Part shown: positions 7,001 through 11,486 of the stretch, piece after piece
Layout of the letters: the number at the start of each line of letters is the position of its first letter
Numbering within the stretch: the stretch's first letter is position 1
DNA from: Candidatus Helarchaeota ASGARD archaeon Hel_GB_B
GTDB lineage: Archaea > Asgardarchaeota > Lokiarchaeia > Helarchaeales > HEL-GB-B
DNA: 11,486 nt
Reading direction: 5' to 3'
Assembly (NCBI GenBank): GCA_005191425.1
Contig: SUPR01000102.1
Location: 1 to 11,486 of the forward strand
Notes under the pieces: model-generated
What the model saw: the letters and a program-made list of their open reading frames with translations, nothing else
Told to the model about the DNA's origin: nothing
The model's database searches: none
Position numbers and translations under genes: made by a program

Positions 7001-9976
7001 ATATCCGGGACTATTTGCTCGGATATTGCAAATAATGTTGGTAGCGCCGTGAAGTAATAAGGTTTGGGGTATTTTAGTTGACCCAGCAAAAGATGACTGC
7101 ATTAAAATGAACTTTGAATGTATATTGTTTAAATTACTATCTATATATTGGTTAGATTTCCAATCTTGAAGTCCAACACTTGGAAATATGAAATTTTGGT
7201 GCGTGGGATCGGGATCGTTGGGATTTCCACCATTGTTGTATCCACGCCATCCATCTACGTTTGTAAACAGAATCGAACTGTTATCAGAATACGGGATATT
7301 GTCAAATTTTATTGCACCCGAATAATACCAAAAACCAATATTATTTAACAAATTAATAATCTCATTACTTCCAGTATGATTTTCATTATAAAAATTATAT
7401 TTGGATAAATTCTGGGGGATATATTCTGAGAAATTGTAAAAATTATTATTAATAGAGAAATTATGATAATAATTAAGAGAACTTGATAAAGAATTTGGTC
7501 TGTTAATTAACCGTTGATAATTAATTTGATAGTTTATATAATTTACTTCAAGTGATACGTTACCATAAGATACATTTATGATGAAAAATAATTCAGACCT
7601 GTTATGTTGATTTTTATTTAAGAAATTATGAATTTGAGATGCGGGAATGTTATAATAATCAGATTTATCAGTAGTAGAATTAAAAATCGTCGTATTAATA
7701 TATTGTATATCGTTTAAAGACCAATTATAAATAGCCCAGCCTGCTTTTATAATTGAAGCGTCCGAATAATTTAATTTTGCAATTACAGTTATATTTATCG
7801 AAGTGATATTATCAATTGCGATATTGTAATTAGAGAGATTTAAGGCATAAGCCATAATAATTGATCCATTAGGAAAATTTGAATAAGAATGATAAATTGA
7901 ATCGTTATACCGAACTGCATTTATAGTATTAGAGAAATTTCTAGCGGTTAAATTTATTTGCGTTATTGTAGAATTCTGTTCGGGTGGTAAATTAAGGGTC
8001 GATGGGACGTATTCTTTTGTTAAATTTAGAAATGATAAAATAGGATAATAAATATTGTTCATTATTAATATAGAATTTTCATCACTAGATTTACTCCCAA
8101 ACCTTCCTACTAATGATTTTCCAAGGATAGCCCTATCAAATGTCGGTGATAATTCATCAAGAGGCTCAACAATTATTATGGTCTTCTTTTCTGGATAACT
8201 GGCATTCATTGCAGTAAGCCAATTATAGAAAGTATCAGAAAGGTTTACCATATCTTTAAAAACAGGCACACTTTGATTAAGAGTTCCTCTCCCAAATGGA
8301 TTTTGTAAAACACTCTTCACTAATTGTGAGTAAGTATCCTGGGATTTCTGATGGATATTATATGTTTTATTATCAGATAGAATTATTGGAGCACCATGAA
8401 AAGCAGCTAAATAAGATGCAGGTGCAAAATTTCCGTTTGAGCTTGAAGTAATTACAAAATCAGGCTCAGAACTAATAGATTTTATTTTATTAATTATTTT
8501 CGATTCTGTTGTAAGGTTTTCAAAATATGTTATACCAGCATTCTTAAGTTCATTATATATTTTAGTTGGAATTTTTTGTCTTGGGCTTAGAATTATACTT
8601 TTATTTGCACCAAAATATTTTATTGCGTCAATTGTACTATTGGGAACTGAATTATTATTTAAATATAACATTGGATAATTTAAAAGTGATGATAGAACAG
8701 CACCATTACTTGAAGATTCAATACAATTTAATAAATAATTATTTTCTTTTTCCATTTCAATAGAAATATTAAATGGAATTGTCTGATTTTGATTACCCGT
8801 TACTAGTATTTTCCAACTCCCAGTTTCAGGATAATGAAGTGATATTGATTCATTCATTACAGGATTCTGGTAAAATGAAGGGATTACAGGACCTTTAATT
8901 AACTGACCGCGCGGAGAAATGACCCATAAATCTAAATCTTCATTCGATTTTGGTGTCCAAGTTAAATTGATATTTACCGTCTTATAATTATCAGAAATTA
9001 TAATTGGTTTCTCATAATAGGAAATATTACTTACAACTATTTTATATTTAATATTACTCAATTTAGACCTATTTACTATTTCTAATTTCCATTCAGACAT
9101 ATTTCCCGGATATTTTACCTTTGGAAAAAATACCCATTTATTATATGTGTCCAAATTTGTGTCATAAACCCAATTTTTTCCATCAGTCGTATTTCCCATT
9201 AATTTCATTATAAAAGAATTAGAATCATTTATTGTAAAATAATAAGCACCTGTATCTAATGAAATATTGAGCGATGAATAAACGTTTGTCGTATCGTTTA
9301 TTGTCCACTCATTAATGATATTCTGATAACTATTAGCATTTAAACTGTTATTCTCATTAATTGTCGTTTTATATGGTCCTTGGAACGTCATATTTGCAAA
9401 AGCTAAAATTACAGTATCTGGTTTATACCAAAAAAACCGAGCTATCGAACTTGTAATATTGAATAAATCAGTTGAATTGAAAATAGTATTGTCAGAACCT
9501 GTAATACCCGATAATGTATTATAATAATTTATTTCTTGATCAGTTACATTTCCTAAATAAAGTATTTCGTCTATTCCACCCCATTTATCGCAATATTGTT
9601 TCCAATCTTCCAAAAAATAACTTTTATAACTAGTTTGCTTTCCATAAATCTGTGGCATTAAAAATGTTTTGTTTTGAAATTTGTAAATAGAAATGGGAAT
9701 TGAACTTAAATATAAAAATTTATTAAAGTAAGAGGACTCATCTCCACTAATTACTGTTAAGATTTTCATTGGTAAAAAATTGGGGTACTTTTTGAAATAA
9801 ATATTGGCAAAATTATTTTCTGATTTTATTAACTTAAAATCAGTTGCTTGATTAGATTGATGGGATTGATTATTATATTGTAATTTTTCTAAATGAAATA
9901 AAGGTAAATAAATCGAAATCATAAGAATTGAAATTAAAAAAAAAGTTGATACCATTCTACTATTTATTTTTACCAT
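4088..9976 (-). CDS. Giant membrane-anchored surface glycoprotein: CWB2-like repeats + PPC-like domains + inactive C25 (gingipain-like) fold + 5 cadherin/Ig-like repeats + TM + 2 cytoplasmic helical repeats
   Basis: Uninterrupted ~1,960-codon ORF. N-terminal hydrophobic stretch STFFLISILMISIYLPLF; NGAVLSSLLNYPMLYL and FAPASYLAAFHGAPIIL (CWB2-like); LTW...DLDLWVISPRG...PETGSWKILV (PPC-like); VGRF, TIGQAL, YILFGDP (C25-like); TM FPYALIIAIAIIMIAVIATYLVY (4745-4813) followed by basic residues; about 40 N-x-S/T sequons in the first ~830 aa by hand count. Start is ATG 9976 (AGGTTGATC 6 nt upstream) or TTG 9988. Confidence 0.92.
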   Translation of the reverse strand: MVKINSRMVSTFFLISILMISIYLPLFHLEKLQYNNQSHQSNQATDFKLIKSENNFANIYFKKYPNFLPMKILTVISGDESSYFNKFLYLSSIPISIYKFQNKTFLMPQIYGKQTSYKSYFLEDWKQYCDKWGGIDEILYLGNVTDQEINYYNTLSGITGSDNTIFNSTDLFNITSSIARFFWYKPDTVILAFANMTFQGPYKTTINENNSLNANSYQNIINEWTINDTTNVYSSLNISLDTGAYYFTINDSNSFIMKLMGNTTDGKNWVYDTNLDTYNKWVFFPKVKYPGNMSEWKLEIVNRSKLSNIKYKIVVSNISYYEKPIIISDNYKTVNINLTWTPKSNEDLDLWVISPRGQLIKGPVIPSFYQNPVMNESISLHYPETGSWKILVTGNQNQTIPFNISIEMEKENNYLLNCIESSSNGAVLSSLLNYPMLYLNNNSVPNSTIDAIKYFGANKSIILSPRQKIPTKIYNELKNAGITYFENLTTESKIINKIKSISSEPDFVITSSSNGNFAPASYLAAFHGAPIILSDNKTYNIHQKSQDTYSQLVKSVLQNPFGRGTLNQSVPVFKDMVNLSDTFYNWLTAMNASYPEKKTIIIVEPLDELSPTFDRAILGKSLVGRFGSKSSDENSILIMNNIYYPILSFLNLTKEYVPSTLNLPPEQNSTITQINLTARNFSNTINAVRYNDSIYHSYSNFPNGSIIMAYALNLSNYNIAIDNITSINITVIAKLNYSDASIIKAGWAIYNWSLNDIQYINTTIFNSTTDKSDYYNIPASQIHNFLNKNQHNRSELFFIINVSYGNVSLEVNYINYQINYQRLINRPNSLSSSLNYYHNFSINNNFYNFSEYIPQNLSKYNFYNENHTGSNEIINLLNNIGFWYYSGAIKFDNIPYSDNSSILFTNVDGWRGYNNGGNPNDPDPTHQNFIFPSVGLQDWKSNQYIDSNLNNIHSKFILMQSSFAGSTKIPQTLLLHGATNIICNIRANSPGYSEFLIYDAIQNLLKYQNYTIGQALLSGINKTSHMYSFNWKQNITELSGFSNTTEDSLQYILFGDPENILINQNMTEIMPGNYRPLVHAFLNYSYRDNIYIRQTKPFGPYLDGNGQLWASITDFDSNPIIYVNLTNTDLGANPLAEFYYQHHYIPCYKKSGGNELHIYGTTFNYRAITIFDRHWTPGFTRESLGWKNAVWGIYDQDVNFSVHSSFYLRSNPPFLNYFGPLSNTTRFLLNTTGINDTTTFENISHQTGNLHENIWRVNNTFWVRIKAIETDQDPLKHINNELNVTLLISQNFSLSLENWSKITMHNETQPSPYNPYQAEYGIWNASFNFKGNKTGKYWFAIILEDEWGEKTYYKDYDDWYFYVNNWLPEFNYKIPSPTKLNTTQLHRVNETLEINVSVFDRDGYPGVKNVSFLLNNSYGEQICFPMSDISSVGLNWSSNYTFSQFNRSGEWNLYFIVVDYDNASRTLNSSIIINVSNWAPEHPYNLSVLNLSTHLSQSYLYRNHSLLLLANATDIDIANRTSLLKLYAFIRAPNKTIYKMLMNYSKNYSLWIVNFTPAIDFITGNYTYFVGVIDEVGAMSNSTETINISILNNKPIINQIQVCVGVDRLPSNQLNVGIDLVIKGNVSDIEGLQNITVVIEDNFGNSINLTQILSGHFSNIQLVFNDSFYSNLEIHKVNDWKIYITLYDNDGIKTINFNLNGEKLNETTIHIIPYNPPITYKFPYALIIAIAIIMIAVIATYLVYKNIHERKVIVPAQDIKRIIKQISQEEKVKEEEEEEIKPEEKEKIEAIRPKEEVPVKLSLEEIEEIQNSIKDNLKTIKIAIEKEQFKRVAELYRYIANLSVNINKHHMASVFLDKAKEYDELDKLSPKKKKTWKKPKKEVEEEIIAKPGELTQEQFEEINLEIGSIIRKAREALRNNELESAIELYQYASKLALRINNRRKANIFSKRAKEIMRKLEEE
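4100..4576 (-). repeat. Two ~61-65 aa helical repeats (protein level) in the cytoplasmic tail
   Basis: LSLEEIEEIQNSI...AELYRYIANLSVNINKHHMASVFLDKAKE (4382-4576) and LTQEQFEEINLEI...IELYQYASKLALRINNRRKANIFSKRAKE (4100-4297) align without gaps, with 19 of 61 positions identical. Confidence 0.8.
4835..6760 (-). repeat. Five tandem cadherin/Ig-like beta-sandwich repeats (protein level, ~110-155 aa)
   Basis: Repeats start at about 6760 (NYRP), 6349 (SNPP), 5887 (NWLP), 5551 (NWAP) and 5203 (NNKP). Each has a mid DxD-type motif (TDFD, TDQD, FDRD, TDID, SDIE) and a late hydrophobic-D motif (IYDQD, LEDEWG, VVDYDN, VIDEVG, LYDNDG). Confidence 0.65.
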
Positions 9977-10004
9977 ATTTACGATCAACCTAAATGGATT
10001 AATA

Positions 10005-10020
10005 TTTATATAGAGTTCTT
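10005..10020 (-). promoter_or_regulatory. Candidate archaeal TATA box/BRE for the giant surface-protein gene
   Basis: The minus strand reads AAGAACTC-TATATAAA (10020-10005), about 17-30 nt before the TTG/ATG starts. It would place the TSS near 9980-9988, i.e. a short or leaderless mRNA, which partly conflicts with the RBS candidate. Confidence 0.35.
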
Positions 10021-10147
10021 ATTATCATAAATAAATTGATTGGTATAAATGTATTTAATAACTTTTTGTGTTTAATTTTATAATTAATTGAATATTAAAT
10101 CTAATATGTAATTAAAATGAGAATTTTACTCACTGAATCAATTTAAT

Positions 10148-10162
10148 AAAAAAATAAAAAAA
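10148..10162 (-). terminator. Oligo-T terminator downstream of the last CDS
   Basis: The minus strand reads T7-A-T7 about 33 nt after the stop at 10196. Confidence 0.5.
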
Positions 10163-10195
10163 GAGATTTTAAAGTTTTTGATCAGGTTATTTAAA

Positions 10196-11485
10196 TTAAA
10201 ATAGTGCTATATTTACTGCTACCGCTGTAGTTGTTGCAATTCCTTTTTCTGGGCCACTAGATGGTCTTACTTCGTAAGTACCTTCCTTAGTAGTCCAAAC
10301 AAATCGGAAGTAAAGTGTTTCAATTCGGTGTGAGCTTATAGCATCAACTACAAATTCGGGCGTCAATAGAAAATTGAAGTAGTACATTATTATGTAGCTC
10401 TGGTTATATCCTAGCAAATCAGTCATTCCAATCTTTAGAGATTTTGTCTTAGGTGGAGTCGTATTTAAGTTCCATGTCATTGTAGACCTCATCGGGAAAA
10501 TACCAATACGAGCTAGTATTTTCGAATTGGTATCATTTGTATCAGCAGAAATGGATATCCTATCTAAATATCCAAGTGCATATTTCTGGGTCATGTTTAG
10601 GAAGAATTCTCTTAGATAGATATTTGGCCGAATTGTGACATTCAAGTTTATATTACCTTCTAAGTCAATATAGACCATTGTAACATTTACCGTTGGAATG
10701 TTATCAACTTTTTGAGGAACACCTTCTACTTGATAATTATCTTTATACCATATATCGCCCATTTTACCGTTATCTTTGACAAAACTGTCCCAAGCTTCAA
10801 TCCTAACTCTAATACTTTTTGCAAAATGTTGTTGTGTGAAGTTTAGTGTTATTGGGAAAATATTTGATCCGCTCTCGATTGGGCCGTATAATTTATGAGT
10901 TATATTGATCTCAGGTCTGTCATTTAGACTTATATTGAATATTCTCCCGAATCTACTATCCCAATTAGAGTTTAATCCAGGAACTTCTGGATAATAAGCT
11001 AATGGGTCGTATAATTTCGCTTCAATTAAATAGTTTGAAATGAAACCTTCGGGTAATTCAATAGTCTTAGCACCTGTTTCAATACCCCAACTACTGGACC
11101 ATTCTTTAGCCCAGAACCGTACCCAAGCACTAACGTTATAAGATTTTTTACCTTTTTGATAGCCTAAGTCATTAGCGATATCATTTAATTTTACTGCAAA
11201 CTTTACTTGTGAAACATTTTCTAATGAACCAACATTTTTAATCTTTGCCCTGTTGCTAAGGAATAAATTCCAGGATTGAATATTTGGATTTCCTACATCA
11301 TCAGTGCCACCATTTAATGCATAATAATGATGTCCTTTTGCACTGAAATTGGTCAAAGAGCCACTACTTTCATTCCATAATGGTGATCCACCACTTGGCA
11401 GATCCATTAATTTATTCCATCTGTGGTCAGTATCGTTATAATATTGAATTATTACACGTTCAACATTGTTAGCAGAGATATTATC
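10196..11485 (-). CDS. C-terminal portion of an unknown secreted/surface beta-rich glycoprotein, 5'-truncated by the window edge
   Basis: The frame stays open upstream of the ATG at 11407 to the window edge (DNISANNVERVIIQYYNDTDHRWNKL-MDL...). It has more than 10 N-x-S/T sequons, alternating beta-strand patterns, and NDRP/DNIP linker-like motifs. No catalytic motif or TM helix is visible. Confidence 0.85.
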   Translation of the reverse strand, partial: DNISANNVERVIIQYYNDTDHRWNKLMDLPSGGSPLWNESSGSLTNFSAKGHHYYALNGGTDDVGNPNIQSWNLFLSNRAKIKNVGSLENVSQVKFAVKLNDIANDLGYQKGKKSYNVSAWVRFWAKEWSSSWGIETGAKTIELPEGFISNYLIEAKLYDPLAYYPEVPGLNSNWDSRFGRIFNISLNDRPEINITHKLYGPIESGSNIFPITLNFTQQHFAKSIRVRIEAWDSFVKDNGKMGDIWYKDNYQVEGVPQKVDNIPTVNVTMVYIDLEGNINLNVTIRPNIYLREFFLNMTQKYALGYLDRISISADTNDTNSKILARIGIFPMRSTMTWNLNTTPPKTKSLKIGMTDLLGYNQSYIIMYYFNFLLTPEFVVDAISSHRIETLYFRFVWTTKEGTYEVRPSSGPEKGIATTTAVAVNIALF

Positions 11486-11486
11486 G

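Noticed and set aside
7148-7348. 66-aa plus-strand ORF
   Set aside because: Antisense within the giant CDS; no RBS or motif.
8566-8763. 65-aa plus-strand ORF
   Set aside because: Antisense within the giant CDS; low-complexity AT-rich shadow.
11405-11407. ATG start of the last ORF given by the ORF track
   Set aside because: No in-frame stop upstream up to the window edge, and the sequence starts mid-domain with no signal peptide.

Overview
AT-rich window, most likely archaeal (Asgard-like by inference: archaeal-type RBS motifs, an aldehyde:ferredoxin oxidoreductase, sequon-rich surface proteins). From left to right it holds: (1) the 3' end of an IS200/IS605-family element, i.e. a TnpB C-terminus whose RuvC-III Asp appears replaced by Ala, followed by a well-folded omega/reRNA-like right end; (2) a translationally coupled pair, a tungsten-type aldehyde:ferredoxin oxidoreductase (AOR/WOR family) and a 4x[4Fe-4S] DmsB/CooF-like subunit; (3) on the minus strand, a HAD-IA hydrolase; (4) a ~1,960-aa receptor-like surface protein; and (5) the C-terminal part of a second sequon-rich surface protein that runs off the right edge. 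The giant protein reads as: N-terminal hydrophobic segment, three CWB2-like repeats interrupted by PPC-like domains, a gingipain/C25-like fold with both catalytic residues apparently lost (His->Ala, Cys->Ser) and an inserted beta-sandwich, five cadherin/Ig-like repeats, one TM helix, and a cytoplasmic tail with two MIT/TPR-like helical repeats. The most interesting items are this pseudo-protease receptor and the possibly nuclease-dead TnpB with an intact RNA scaffold. All domain calls come from motif reading by eye, not database searches.
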